Shown piece by piece: positions 46,403 through 55,985 of a DNA stretch of 64,000 bases (position 1 is its first letter; every line of letters starts with the position of its first letter). Below the pieces are notes generated by a model. It did no database searches and had not been told where the DNA came from. It saw nothing but the letters and a program-made list of their open reading frames with translations. Made by a program: the position numbers and the translations under genes. The DNA is from Deltaproteobacteria bacterium (GTDB lineage Bacteria > Myxococcota_A > Polyangia > Polyangiales > Houyiibacteriaceae): NCBI GenBank assembly GCA_013151775.1, contig JAADHO010000094.1:2235-66234 (forward strand), given 5' to 3'.

Positions 46403-47286
46403 TGGTCGTCACAGGCTTCGGCCACGTGCTGATCGAAGAGGAAGGAGAGCCGGGCTGCGACCCGAGGCCTTTCTTGAAGCAGCGCAAGAACCGCAAGTAC
46501 ATGGGCACACAGGACGATCTCGCGGTGGTCAGCGCGGGCATGGCGCTCGCGTCCGCGGGGCTCGTGGAATCGGACCTCGGTGATCGCGCCGGGCTCTATC
46601 TCTCGGTCGGACACATCCCCTTCGAGCGGTGCGACGTCGATCCCGTACTCGCGGCCTCCATCGACGACGAGGGAGAATTCAGTCTTCGGCGCTTCGCCGA
46701 CGAAGGGCATCGACGAGCCCATCCGCTGACGGCCTTTCGCTGCTTGCCCAACATGCCCGCCTTCCACATCAGCGCGAACTTCGATCTGCGAGGCAGCTAC
46801 ATGGTCAGCTACCCCGGCGCCGGGCAGGTCTACGCTTTGCTCGACGAGGCCGAGGCCGCGCTGCGTGAAGGTCGCGTCGACGTCGCCTTGGTGGGCGGCG
46901 TGGCCTGTCAGCGCAACTTCCTGGTGGAACACCATTTCCGGCGAATCCGCCCTGCCGTGGCGCCCGAGAGGCTGCGGGACGCCGGCGCGCTCTTGGTGCT
47001 CGAGACGCAAGCGCACGCCAAGGCACGCGGCGCGCGCATCCGCGGCCGCTGCGTACGGCGCTCCCTCGAGTATCGCGCGTTCGATGCGAGGGAGGCGCTC
47101 TTCGAGCAGGTGGAGGAGCTCGGCTCGGACGCGACCCACATGCGGCGCCTCGAGCTTTCGCTCGGCCCCGCCTCCTTGCCCTGGGCGTTGAGCTCGAGCT
47201 GGGGTGAAGGGCGCGCGGCGCGCGTCGTGCATCGCCTCGAGAGCCGCGACGGCGTGCTCGCGGAGTCGGTGTGGGTGAGCGCGTGA
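46399..47286 (+). CDS. Beta-ketoacyl synthase-like protein lacking the active-site Cys (chain-length-factor/ApeC-like partner)
   Basis: Thiolase-fold N-terminal-half similarity (MVVTGFG..., DDLAVVSAGMALASAGL, VALVGGV). Where the KS Cys motif is expected the sequence reads SYPGAGQVY, and there are no His-His motifs. It has ATGA overlap upstream and GTGA overlap downstream with the true KS. Confidence 0.72.
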   Translation: MMVVTGFGHVLIEEEGEPGCDPRPFLKQRKNRKYMGTQDDLAVVSAGMALASAGLVESDLGDRAGLYLSVGHIPFERCDVDPVLAASIDDEGEFSLRRFADEGHRRAHPLTAFRCLPNMPAFHISANFDLRGSYMVSYPGAGQVYALLDEAEAALREGRVDVALVGGVACQRNFLVEHHFRRIRPAVAPERLRDAGALLVLETQAHAKARGARIRGRCVRRSLEYRAFDAREALFEQVEELGSDATHMRRLELSLGPASLPWALSSSWGEGRAARVVHRLESRDGVLAESVWVSA

Positions 47287-48515
47287 GACATCGCGTCGTG
47301 GTCACGGCCATGGGCGCCGTGTCGCCCCTCGGCGACGTGGAGAGCTTGATCGAGGGGCTGCTCGCCGGTCGCTCGGGCATCGGAGAGATCCGCGTCTTCG
47401 ACCCTCACAGCCTGCCCACGCGCATCGCGGGAGAGGCCGTGCTCAGCGAGGACGCGCCCTTTGGCGACCGAAAAATTGGCTTCGTCCTCGAGGCCGCCGA
47501 GCAGGCATGGAAGAGCGCCACCGCGTGTGGCAGCGCGCCCGGCGGCGAGCGAGCAGGCGCCGAGGCGGCCGTCTCCATGGGCGTCGGGCTCGAGCTCTTC
47601 GCCATGCAAGATCTCGCAGCCTTCGCGCGCCCCGACTTCGTGCTGCCCGAAGCGCACACGGAGCGCCTCTCCTTCATGCAGACGCCCTCGGATATGTGCG
47701 TCCACATGATGGCGCGTCGCTACGGGCTCGAGCGACCACCACGGGTCCACGTCTCGGCCTGCGCCGCGGCCACCGACGCCATCGGCGACGCGTCTCGGAT
47801 GATCGCCTCGGGCAGGCTGCGTTGGGCCATGGCCGGCGGCACGGACTCCATGATCAACCCCCTCGGCGTCGCCGGCTTCTGTGCTCTTCGGGCCACGAGC
47901 CAACGCAACGACGAGCCGGAGCGAGCGTCGCGCCCCTTCGACCGCAAACGCGATGGCTTCGTGATGGGCGAAGGCGCGGGCGTGCTCGTGCTCGAGCGCG
48001 CGGAGGACGCCCTCGCTCGCGGCGCGACCGTCCACGCGGAGATCGCCGGCTACGGAAACTCCTTCGACGCCTACCGCATCAGCGATCCACACCCGGAAGG
48101 CCGCGGCGCGCATCAAGCCATGGCGCGAGCCCTCGAGGACGCCGGCCTCACGCCCGCAGACGTCGACGCCGTGAACGCCCACGGCACGGGCACGAGCAAG
48201 AACGACGTGGCCGAGACCAAGGCGCTCCACCGCCTGCTCGGCGCGCGCGCGAGGCAGGTGCCCGTGAGCGCGACGAAGTCCATGATTGGCCACCTGATCT
48301 CCGCCGCGGGAGCCGTCGAGGCCATCGCCGCCATCGGCTGCATGCAGCGAGGCCAAGTGCATCCCACGCTCAACCTCGAGCACGCGGATCCCGAGTGCGA
48401 CCTCGACTACGTGCCCCTCGAAGCCCGCGCCAAGGAGCAGCGCGTCGTGCTCTCGAGCTCCTTCGGCTTCGGCGGCCACAACGCCTGCGTGGTGTTGCGA
48501 CGATGGGAGGTGTGA
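47271..48515 (+). CDS. Beta-ketoacyl-ACP synthase (FabF/FabB-type, catalytically complete)
   Basis: RVVVTAMGAVSPLG, active Cys in SACAAATDAIG, NAHGTGTSKND, KSMIGHLISAAG and SFGFGGHNA. The start may be the GTG at 47283 (GTGA overlap). Confidence 0.92.
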   Translation: MGERVRHRVVVTAMGAVSPLGDVESLIEGLLAGRSGIGEIRVFDPHSLPTRIAGEAVLSEDAPFGDRKIGFVLEAAEQAWKSATACGSAPGGERAGAEAAVSMGVGLELFAMQDLAAFARPDFVLPEAHTERLSFMQTPSDMCVHMMARRYGLERPPRVHVSACAAATDAIGDASRMIASGRLRWAMAGGTDSMINPLGVAGFCALRATSQRNDEPERASRPFDRKRDGFVMGEGAGVLVLERAEDALARGATVHAEIAGYGNSFDAYRISDPHPEGRGAHQAMARALEDAGLTPADVDAVNAHGTGTSKNDVAETKALHRLLGARARQVPVSATKSMIGHLISAAGAVEAIAAIGCMQRGQVHPTLNLEHADPECDLDYVPLEARAKEQRVVLSSSFGFGGHNACVVLRRWEV

Positions 48516-49150
48516 TGGCGAGCGAACTCGAGCGAGTCATGGGCGAGCGGCGCAGCGTCCGCAGCTTCACGGACGAGGCTCCGCCTGACGACGCCCTCGA
48601 ACGCGTGCTCGCCGCGGCCATCACCGCGCCTTCGGCGAGCAACAAGCAACCGTGGCGCTTCTTCGTGGTCGCGAACCGAGAGCGCATCGACGCGATGGCG
48701 GAGGCGGTGAAGCGGGCCGTCGAGCGCATCGCCGTCCACATCCCCTCCGAGAGCGAGGCCGCCTTTCGTCGCTATGGGGAGTACTTCGTGCGCTTCGAAG
48801 CGGCGCCCCGTGTGATCGTGCCGATCCATCGCCCGCAACGCGCGCTCTCGCATCTCGTCGACGCGGAGATCGACTCGGATCTTCGCGAACGCGTCACGGC
48901 CATGGAGTCGGACTCCGGCCTGGTGTCGACCTCGCTCGCGCTGATGAACCTCTTGCTCGCGGCCCACGAGACTGGCCTCGGCGCTTCGGTGATGACGGGA
49001 CCGCTGGTCGCCGCGGACGAGCTCGAGCAGCTCCTCGGCGTGCCGCCCGGCTGGAGCATCGTCGCCCTCGTGCCCATTGGCTACCCGGCGGAGCAGCCCG
49101 CCTCTCCTGGTAGAAAGCCCTTGGACAAGGCGATAAGGTGGCTGCGATGA
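48515..49150 (+). CDS. Nitroreductase-family flavoprotein
   Basis: RRSVRSFTDE...ITAPSASNKQPWRFFVV and a C-terminal IVALVPIGYPA. The ATG shares one base with the KS stop (TGATG). Confidence 0.85.
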   Translation: MASELERVMGERRSVRSFTDEAPPDDALERVLAAAITAPSASNKQPWRFFVVANRERIDAMAEAVKRAVERIAVHIPSESEAAFRRYGEYFVRFEAAPRVIVPIHRPQRALSHLVDAEIDSDLRERVTAMESDSGLVSTSLALMNLLLAAHETGLGASVMTGPLVAADELEQLLGVPPGWSIVALVPIGYPAEQPASPGRKPLDKAIRWLR

Positions 49151-49575
49151 CGCAGGAGCGAGACGGCGTGAGCGTGCCCCCCGAAGTGCAAGACGCCGTG
49201 CGGCGCTGCGTGGCGCAGAGCCTCGTGCTCGAGCTCGAGGAGGTGCAGCTCGGGAGCCGCCTGATCGACGACCTCGGCGCCGACTCCCTCGACTTCGTGG
49301 ACATCATCTTCATGCTCGAGCAGGCCCTCGACGTGCCCATGCGAGACACGGAGCTGAGCTTCCTGACGCGACTCGACTACGGCTCCCCCGAGGTGATGCA
49401 GCGCGGCGTGCTGACGCCCGAGGTGGTGGCGCGCCTCGAGCCGTGGCTCCCCGCCCTGCGCGAGCTGCCGGATCGAGCGCAGGTGACGCCCGCTCAGATG
49501 TTCTCCTGCATCACCATCGAATCCATCTGCTTGGTCGCCTCCGGTCGCTTGCAGCGCAAGGACGCGGAGTCGTAG
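49147..49575 (+). CDS. Acyl carrier protein with long C-terminal extension
   Basis: Phosphopantetheine site LGADSLDFVDIIFMLE. At 142 aa it is well above the roughly 80 aa of a canonical ACP. ATGA overlap with the nitroreductase stop. Confidence 0.8.
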   Translation: MTQERDGVSVPPEVQDAVRRCVAQSLVLELEEVQLGSRLIDDLGADSLDFVDIIFMLEQALDVPMRDTELSFLTRLDYGSPEVMQRGVLTPEVVARLEPWLPALRELPDRAQVTPAQMFSCITIESICLVASGRLQRKDAES

Positions 49576-49621
49576 CGAGTTGGGCGCCCTTGGGCGTCCC
49601 TGACGCAGCTTGGGAACGGGC

Positions 49622-50548
49622 TCACTCGTTCGCGGCCTCTTTGGATGCCGCCGGTGGGCGGAAGGTGATGCGCAAGAGCTCGGCGGCGGCGAGCAGGAAC
49701 CACAGCTCCGCGAGCTCGTGCACGAGGGAGCCGAAGATGATGTCCGCCGTCGTCTTGTAGATCAGCAGCTCGAAGTAGCTGTAGCAGAGCATACCCGCGG
49801 CGAAGACGAGCAGCTTCGTGCCCTGCTTCAGCTCGCGGCGCCTGAGCCGGAAGATGGCGGCGACGGACACGGCGAAGGCCACCAAGGGCAGGACGACGAA
49901 CTCGAGCGTCAGCACGCTGCGAGGGATGAAGTAGGCCGTGCCCGAGGGGGAGTAGCTCGCGATATTCGCCTGCAGCCAAGGCACGAGGGTGGCGTCCCAC
50001 CAGGCGTTGAGTGATTCGAAGGGCAGGATGTAGGCGCTCGGATCGGCGTTCAGCTGCTCGGTGGAGACGCGCAGCGGGAAGAGCGCCGCCAAGGCGACGA
50101 AGGTCGCCACCAAGACCAGAAGGTGGTTGAAGCGGCAGCCCTCCTCGTCCTCCACGGTGCAGCCTCGGCAGACTCCACGCAGCGCGCAGCGCCGGGAGCT
50201 GAAGCGCAGCATGCGCTTGTCGAAGACGAGGTAGGCGCCGAGGGCGAAGAGCCCCATGCCGAGCGCGGAGCAGACGCCGTGGACTCCTTCGAGATAGGCG
50301 TTGGACTGAAAGAGCACGTAGATCTCGATGCCGCAGGTCAGCTCCGAGATGTAGAAGAGGACGAGGGACCACCAGAGGATGCGCACCTCGGGCGTGGGCT
50401 CGTCGGGGAGCATGATCCACATCCGGCTCGGCTGCTCCGGCCTTTGGGCGCGATACATGCGCAGCAGCAGGCGCGCGCCCAAGCCCAACACCATGAGCTT
50501 GAAGACGAGCGAGATCGCCACGGCCATCAGCGCAGACCCGAGATCCAT
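49622..50548 (-). CDS. Polytopic membrane protein with CxxxxxCxxC loop, unknown function
   Basis: Seven to eight hydrophobic helices and a loop RRCALRGVCRGCTVEDEEGC. It is convergent with the ACP gene, with a 46-nt gap. Confidence 0.6.
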   Translation of the reverse strand: MDLGSALMAVAISLVFKLMVLGLGARLLLRMYRAQRPEQPSRMWIMLPDEPTPEVRILWWSLVLFYISELTCGIEIYVLFQSNAYLEGVHGVCSALGMGLFALGAYLVFDKRMLRFSSRRCALRGVCRGCTVEDEEGCRFNHLLVLVATFVALAALFPLRVSTEQLNADPSAYILPFESLNAWWDATLVPWLQANIASYSPSGTAYFIPRSVLTLEFVVLPLVAFAVSVAAIFRLRRRELKQGTKLLVFAAGMLCYSYFELLIYKTTADIIFGSLVHELAELWFLLAAAELLRITFRPPAASKEAANE

Positions 50549-50707
50549 GCGAGGACGCTACACCGTTGGCGCTGCGGTCAGGAACCGTGCCCTGAGCGAG
50601 AGATCCACAATCGGAGAGCGCCGAGTCGATGTCCTGTGGGTCGCAGTGACGATTTTCCGCAACTGAGCCGGTTTCAGGCCGAGAGGGGAGTATGGATCGG
50701 GGGTCAG

Positions 50708-52465
50708 CTAGGGCGCCGCTCTTGGGGCCAGCGTCGCTCTGCACGCGGCGGAGCGAGGGAAGCGGGCGTAGCGTGTGGGCAGTCTACGCGTGAAGGCCAC
50801 GGCGCGAGAGCCCACGGCGCTCGGTTCGAGGTCGTCCGTCTCGTTCGCCGTCAGCACCTCGAGGGCGCCATCGGGCGAGACGACGACGATCTCGCGATCC
50901 GTCGCCGAGGGGTCGCCTTCGCTCGTGACGATCGCCGACGCAGCGACGGATCCGTCCGGGAGCAGGGCGGGATCCGTCAGACACGCGGGCGTCACCACGA
51001 TCCTCTCTGCAGCGCTCGCGACGTCGTGGAAGAGCACGCCGCATTCCCCGGGGCTCTGCGTCGAGGGCGCGGCGTAGGTCGCGATCAGCGTGCCCAGATG
51101 CAGACCCGCCACGCCTCGGACGAGTCGCTCGCGACCCCCGACACGCGCGAGGATCTGATCGCTCAGGGGATCGAGCAGGACGGCGTAGGGCCCCGGAGGC
51201 GCCAGCGGATCTCCGGCCTCCACCAGGTCGAAGTCATCGGGCTCGTCCTCGTAGCCTTCTGTGTCCGTCGTCCCGGCGTCCCTCGTGGGTCGAGTCAACG
51301 GCGACGCGGCGAGCTCCGCGCCGCCGACGTGCAGGAGCAGGAGCTCTCGGCCGTGACGCTCCACCCAACGGAAGTCCTCCACGTAGCTGAAGAGATCCCG
51401 GGTCGCGCCGCCCTCGGCCGCCATGAGCACGAGGTGCGCCACGCCTCGGCGATGCTCTGCGCTCAGGAATGCCACCCACCGCCCGGATGGCGACGGCGCC
51501 GGTCGAGCCAGCACGCGCGGCGCCTCCACGCGCTTCAGGACGCGCTCCGTTCCGTCGAGCAGCGTCAGCGCCGAGGCGCGCTCGTGATGGGCGATGAAGG
51601 CGAAGACTCCGTGGCGCGAACCGAGCGCGGCGCCGGTCTCCCGGGCGACTTGCCCGTGGATCTCGAGCTCACCGTTGGCAGTCCAGCGCGCGATCTGCCC
51701 GGGGAGGTCCAGGCGCTGAACGTCGCGCGGATCTTCGAAGGGTATGGCCCAGGCAGCTCGGCGCAGCTGCACCCAGGCGGAGCCGTCCGTGGCGCGGGCG
51801 CTGCGCAGCTCGGAGGCGCAGCGAGTCACGCAGGAGACGTTCTCGGTTGGCCGAGCCACCCGCGCCTCATCTTGGCGACAGCGCGCCTCGAACGCCTCCA
51901 CGGCGCGGGCGTATGCCGGCTGAGCGCGTCGCGCACGCGTGAGCGCGTCGGCTCGCGCGAGCTCGAGCACGGAGCCGGCGGTCCCGACACCTCGCGTGGA
52001 GAGGATCTCGTCGGCGAGGGAGTCAGCTCGCATGTCGAGGGCGCCGAGGGCGATCAGCAGCAGCGCCGCATCGCGGTCCACGGCTTCGGCGTCGAGCACG
52101 AGCGGACCGGGCGCTCCTCCGGTCGAGAGGCGCAGGGTCACGCGGGCGCGCACGCGCAGCTGACCTTCGTGCACGCCCTCGGTCGTGTCCAACGGCTCGA
52201 GGCTGAGCTCTACGATGGGCGCGTCCTCGGGAGGCGCGGCCGCCACACGCAGACCGAAGCGGCCGAGACGCTCGTCGAGTGCGCGGGTCCAGGCATCCGC
52301 GCAGGCCGGACCGCAGCCCTCGATCGATGCGCCGACGCTGGCGTGATCCACGTCGAGCTGCTCGGCCGCTCGAAACATCACGACGCCCGCGACGCCCCCG
52401 AGCATCAGCAGCGTGAGGAGCGTTCGCCACGGTCGCAGACCTCGCCAGCGCAGCGAGCTCTTCAC
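50708..52465 (-). CDS. Membrane-anchored protein with TolB-like beta-propeller-type C-terminal region
   Basis: The start is placed at the GTG at 52465 (GTGA overlap with the upstream stop), giving VKSSLRWRGLRPWRTLLTLLMLGGVAGVVMF as the TM anchor. C-terminal segments resemble PD40 repeats (SPSGRWVAFLS, LLPDGSVAA, VVSPDGALEVL). Weak recognition. Confidence 0.55.
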   Translation of the reverse strand: MKSSLRWRGLRPWRTLLTLLMLGGVAGVVMFRAAEQLDVDHASVGASIEGCGPACADAWTRALDERLGRFGLRVAAAPPEDAPIVELSLEPLDTTEGVHEGQLRVRARVTLRLSTGGAPGPLVLDAEAVDRDAALLLIALGALDMRADSLADEILSTRGVGTAGSVLELARADALTRARRAQPAYARAVEAFEARCRQDEARVARPTENVSCVTRCASELRSARATDGSAWVQLRRAAWAIPFEDPRDVQRLDLPGQIARWTANGELEIHGQVARETGAALGSRHGVFAFIAHHERASALTLLDGTERVLKRVEAPRVLARPAPSPSGRWVAFLSAEHRRGVAHLVLMAAEGGATRDLFSYVEDFRWVERHGRELLLLHVGGAELAASPLTRPTRDAGTTDTEGYEDEPDDFDLVEAGDPLAPPGPYAVLLDPLSDQILARVGGRERLVRGVAGLHLGTLIATYAAPSTQSPGECGVLFHDVASAAERIVVTPACLTDPALLPDGSVAASAIVTSEGDPSATDREIVVVSPDGALEVLTANETDDLEPSAVGSRAVAFTRRLPTRYARFPRSAACRATLAPRAAP

Positions 52466-53982
52466 CGGTTGGGCGTCGGGCTGAGACGAGCGACCGCCGC
52501 CGCGCTCGGCTCGAGCAGGTCGAGGCGCTGCGGGAAGTCGTCGGGGATGCGTACGCTCGAGCGTGACCCGAAGAGCTCGAGCTCCAGCTCCGAGGCGCGC
52601 GCGTAGAGGTCCGACGGAGGCGATCCGTCGCAACCCTCGGGCAACAGGTGTCGCTCGAGGTAGAGCAGCGCGCGACGATGCGGCGACTCCGTGCCGGCGC
52701 CCACATGACAAGCCTGCATCAACGAGAGATAGCCAATGCCGGGCGTGGCCATGCTCGAGACGTAGGCGCTCAACTCGGCCCGTGTGCTCCCTCCCATCGA
52801 CGTGGGACAGCCGGGACAGCTCGGAACGGATCCGTCCGCCACATGCCTCAGCTCGTGGACCGAGACCGCGCGCGCCACCCAGGTCGCCAGCTCTTCCACA
52901 GCGGGCGCCAGGTCGCGTGTCTGCGCCAGGCGTTGGGATGCACCGATCATGCGCGCCGCCTCAGCCGGCGTGACCTTGGGGCAAGCGGATCCGCGGCTGG
53001 CGCGCAGAGCATCCACCAGCTCCTCGCGATCCGGTGCGGCGAGTCCGCGCCAAGGCAGGCCCCAGATGCTGAAGGTGCTGCCGCAGCGTCGCCTGTCGGC
53101 CACGGAGCGCGCGACCTCGAGCAGGGAGAGCTCGTCCTCCGCGCCCTCGTGCAGCAGCACGAGCAGATCGGGGCTGAGGGCGTCGAAGGCCTCGGCGCGC
53201 ACGGCCGCGGCCATGGCACGACGCGGCGGATCGAGACGCCCCTCGAGGGCGGGGTTCAGCGTGGGCCAGACGCGCCGCACGCTGTAGGCCAGGACTCGAT
53301 CGAGGAGCACGAGGGCGCCGTCCTCCGGGCGGCCCGTGTGCCCGAGATCGCCCTCCACCAAGTTGGTGGAGTCGAGCCGCCGCAGGAGCCGCAGATCCCC
53401 CTGTCGCGCTGACATCTCCGAGGCCACGCGGTAGGTGCGCGCGTAGAGCTGCAGCCTGCCGGCGTACTCGACCAGGGAGGCCTCCACGCGGTAGGGAGAG
53501 TGGCGGCTACGCTGATAGTCGTTGAGCGCCCAGACGAGATAGTCCACGCGTTCCGCGTCGACCTCGGGCTGCGCCGAGAGCGCCTGCCGTAGCTGATCGA
53601 AGAGCGAGACTAGGTTCGCGTCCGGCGCCACCGCGTGTCGAAGCAGGAAAAAGCTCTGCGCCTCGGCGTCGCGACGCTCAGGGGAAGGGCGCGTCGTCTC
53701 GGCGAAGCGAGCGAGGACCCACGCTGGCAGCAGCCGCTCGTGGACTCGTCGCAGGTCAGCGTCGGTCACGGCGTCCCGTGGCACGTCGAAGCGAGCGCGG
53801 TAGCAGGGCTCCAGCCAGATGTTCAGCTCACCTCGCGCGAGCCCGAGCAAGGCATCCGGCCTGAGCGCGCCGAACATGAAGACACCGAGCAGGGCGACGG
53901 CCAACACCAAGCGCACACGAGCCAACACCGTCCACCGGCGCCATGCGCGCGGCGGGAGGTCAGCGTCGTCGGAGGTGGACAA
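52462..53982 (-). CDS. Membrane-anchored hypothetical protein with HExxH motif
   Basis: N-terminal TM (VRLVLAVALLGVFMFGAL) and a possible zinc-protease motif VHELRHVADG near the C-terminus. No family recognised. Confidence 0.55.
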   Translation of the reverse strand: MSTSDDADLPPRAWRRWTVLARVRLVLAVALLGVFMFGALRPDALLGLARGELNIWLEPCYRARFDVPRDAVTDADLRRVHERLLPAWVLARFAETTRPSPERRDAEAQSFFLLRHAVAPDANLVSLFDQLRQALSAQPEVDAERVDYLVWALNDYQRSRHSPYRVEASLVEYAGRLQLYARTYRVASEMSARQGDLRLLRRLDSTNLVEGDLGHTGRPEDGALVLLDRVLAYSVRRVWPTLNPALEGRLDPPRRAMAAAVRAEAFDALSPDLLVLLHEGAEDELSLLEVARSVADRRRCGSTFSIWGLPWRGLAAPDREELVDALRASRGSACPKVTPAEAARMIGASQRLAQTRDLAPAVEELATWVARAVSVHELRHVADGSVPSCPGCPTSMGGSTRAELSAYVSSMATPGIGYLSLMQACHVGAGTESPHRRALLYLERHLLPEGCDGSPPSDLYARASELELELFGSRSSVRIPDDFPQRLDLLEPSAAAVARLSPTPNR

Positions 53983-54389
53983 ATGGTTTCAGGAGGTTCG
54001 AGGGCAGAGCACGCACCACTGCGCGCGCGGGAGCAAGACTAGGACACTCTAGCGTGACGAAGGTTCCGAAGCTCAGCTGCCACCGGGTCGAGGGTGCCCC
54101 GCGCAGCGGGTGTAGCGCGCCGCCCGCGCGCGCTGCCCACATCGACGCCGCAGATGCCCGTGGCGTTTTGGGGTACGCTCGGGCGATGGTTCGTCGCGGA
54201 TTGACCCGCATCGATTGAGTCTTGGTGTCCCTAGGACCCTCGCCCCTCGTGGGCGAAACCAGGAGATCTTCCAGGTCGGCTCCACGCTGCAGCTGCCTGT
54301 CGGATGGTCTATGCGTGCTCAGTAGGTCAAACCAACGGCATCCGACCCACACGGTCGAGGGCGAGACGCCTCTCGTCGAGGAGCACACC

Positions 54390-54899
54390 ATGGATTTTTC
54401 GCTGCTACATCCCCAGCTGGTTCACCTGCCACTCGCGCTCGCCGTCTTGATGCCATTTTTTGCCGCCGTCGTCGCTTGGGCCTGGTGGCGAAAGAAGCTG
54501 CCGCGCGCGGCGTGGTTCTTGGTCTTGGGCATGCAGGTTCTACTCGCCGGGGGTGCTTTCGCAGCCAAGCAGGCGGGAGAAGAGGCTGAAGAGCGGGTAG
54601 AGCACGTGGTCGCCGAACAGGTCATCGAGGAGCACGCAGAGGCTGCTGAGGCATTCGTGGTCGCGGCGGCGGTGACGACGCTGCCCTTCCTGCTCGCGGC
54701 GTTCGTGCGCAAAGAGTCCGTCGCTTTGGGATTGGCCGCGGTCTCCTCGCTGTCCTCGTGCGTGCCCTTGGTGCTCGCCATCCTCGCGGGACAAAGTGGG
54801 GGTGCGCTCGTCTACGAGCATGGCGCGGCGAACGCGTACATCGACGCGGCGGGTTCACAAGCCGCCACACGGAGTGCAGACGACGACGACGATGACTGA
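54390..54899 (+). CDS. Small membrane protein (DUF2231-like suspected), acidic C-terminus
   Basis: The start at the ATG 54390 gives MDFSLLHPQLVHLPLALAVLMPFF.... It has four hydrophobic helices and ends with DDDDDD. Confidence 0.6.
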   Translation: MDFSLLHPQLVHLPLALAVLMPFFAAVVAWAWWRKKLPRAAWFLVLGMQVLLAGGAFAAKQAGEEAEERVEHVVAEQVIEEHAEAAEAFVVAAAVTTLPFLLAAFVRKESVALGLAAVSSLSSCVPLVLAILAGQSGGALVYEHGAANAYIDAAGSQAATRSADDDDDD

Positions 54900-55054
54900 C
54901 CGAAGCTCAGCGCATCTCATGTTGCGTGCCTCAGCATCTGCCATTGGCGGCTTGACCACGAGCTGAGAGCACGGCGAGCTCGATCGCGCCGAGCGCTCAC
55001 TGCGTCACAGGGGCCTCGTGTTTCGTGCGCGGCGCTTTGAGGTAGCATTGGGCG

Positions 55055-55894
55055 ATGGCGCATCGCGGATTGACCCCTCGCCAAGTCACGCGTCTCGCGC
55101 GGGGACGTGGCGCGCTCCACATGACCGAAGTGGATGAGTTGGCCGTCGAGGAGCCGCTCGAGATTCGTGTCGCCGACGAAGCGCTCGCCGTGACCATGCG
55201 GACGCCCGGCGAGGATCAAGCGCTCGCCGCGGGTTTCCTCTTCGCCGAGGGCGTCCTCGGCTCGTTTGCCGATATCGGCTCCATCGCCCACTGCGGTGAT
55301 CCCGCGGACGATGGGTTTGGCAACATCGTGAACGTTACACCCGGCCCTGGCGTGTTTCTCGACCCGTCGCGCCTCGCCGCCTCGCGTCGCGGCACGCTCA
55401 CGACGGCGGCTTGCGGAGTCTGTGGGCGGCGCAGCGTCGAGGATCTGATCGCTCGTTGCGAGCCCGTGACTGCACAGGGCACCATCTCCCTCTCGCGTCT
55501 GCTCGCGAGCGTGGAGCAGCTCACCGAGGTGCAGACGCTCTTCAGACGCACGGGCGCGACCCACGGCGCGGCGGCCTTCGACCTCGATGGCCGGATGCTC
55601 GCGAGCGCCGAGGACGTCGGCCGGCACAACGCGGTCGACAAGGTCTTGGGACGTCTGCTGCTCGATGGCTGCGCGAGCGCCCCCGCTCATCTGGTCGTCA
55701 GCGGTCGCACCAGCTTCGAGATTGTGCAGAAGGCGGTGGTCTCTGGCGTCCCCTGTGTGGTGGGCGTGTCCGGCACGAGCTCCTTGGCCGTGGACTTGGC
55801 ACAACGCCTCGGCGTCACGCTCATCGGCTTCGCGCGCGGTGATGAGCTCGCCATTTATGCGCACCCCGAGCGCGTGGCCCTGACCACAGCGTAG
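55055..55894 (+). CDS. fdhD: Formate dehydrogenase accessory sulfurtransferase FdhD
   Basis: DELAVEEPLEIRV, the catalytic loop TAACGVCG, GATHGAA, GRHNAVDKVLG and SGRTSFEIVQKA. Confidence 0.9.
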   Translation: MAHRGLTPRQVTRLARGRGALHMTEVDELAVEEPLEIRVADEALAVTMRTPGEDQALAAGFLFAEGVLGSFADIGSIAHCGDPADDGFGNIVNVTPGPGVFLDPSRLAASRRGTLTTAACGVCGRRSVEDLIARCEPVTAQGTISLSRLLASVEQLTEVQTLFRRTGATHGAAAFDLDGRMLASAEDVGRHNAVDKVLGRLLLDGCASAPAHLVVSGRTSFEIVQKAVVSGVPCVVGVSGTSSLAVDLAQRLGVTLIGFARGDELAIYAHPERVALTTA

Positions 55895-55985
55895 GTGGCT
55901 CGCTGTGCTGAGCCAGAGCGGTGCGCGCCACGCCCTCCGCCCGAATCGGGTGGCGAACGCGGCGCGCCGTCGAAGCGGAGACGTC

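Noticed and set aside
49576-49621. Possible hairpin terminator GGGCGCCCTTGGGCGTCCC between the convergent ACP and membrane-protein genes
   Set aside because: The stem is only about 7 bp with a mismatch, and there is no U-tract. This is too weak to call.
50123-52606. 827-aa plus-strand ORF, the longest in this area
   Set aside because: The translation is Arg/Gly/Glu-rich, with no TM, signal or motif. It overlaps two minus-strand genes that have sensible signal/TM anchors and a coupled GTGA junction. I judged it non-coding, though this is the least certain of the shadow-ORF calls.
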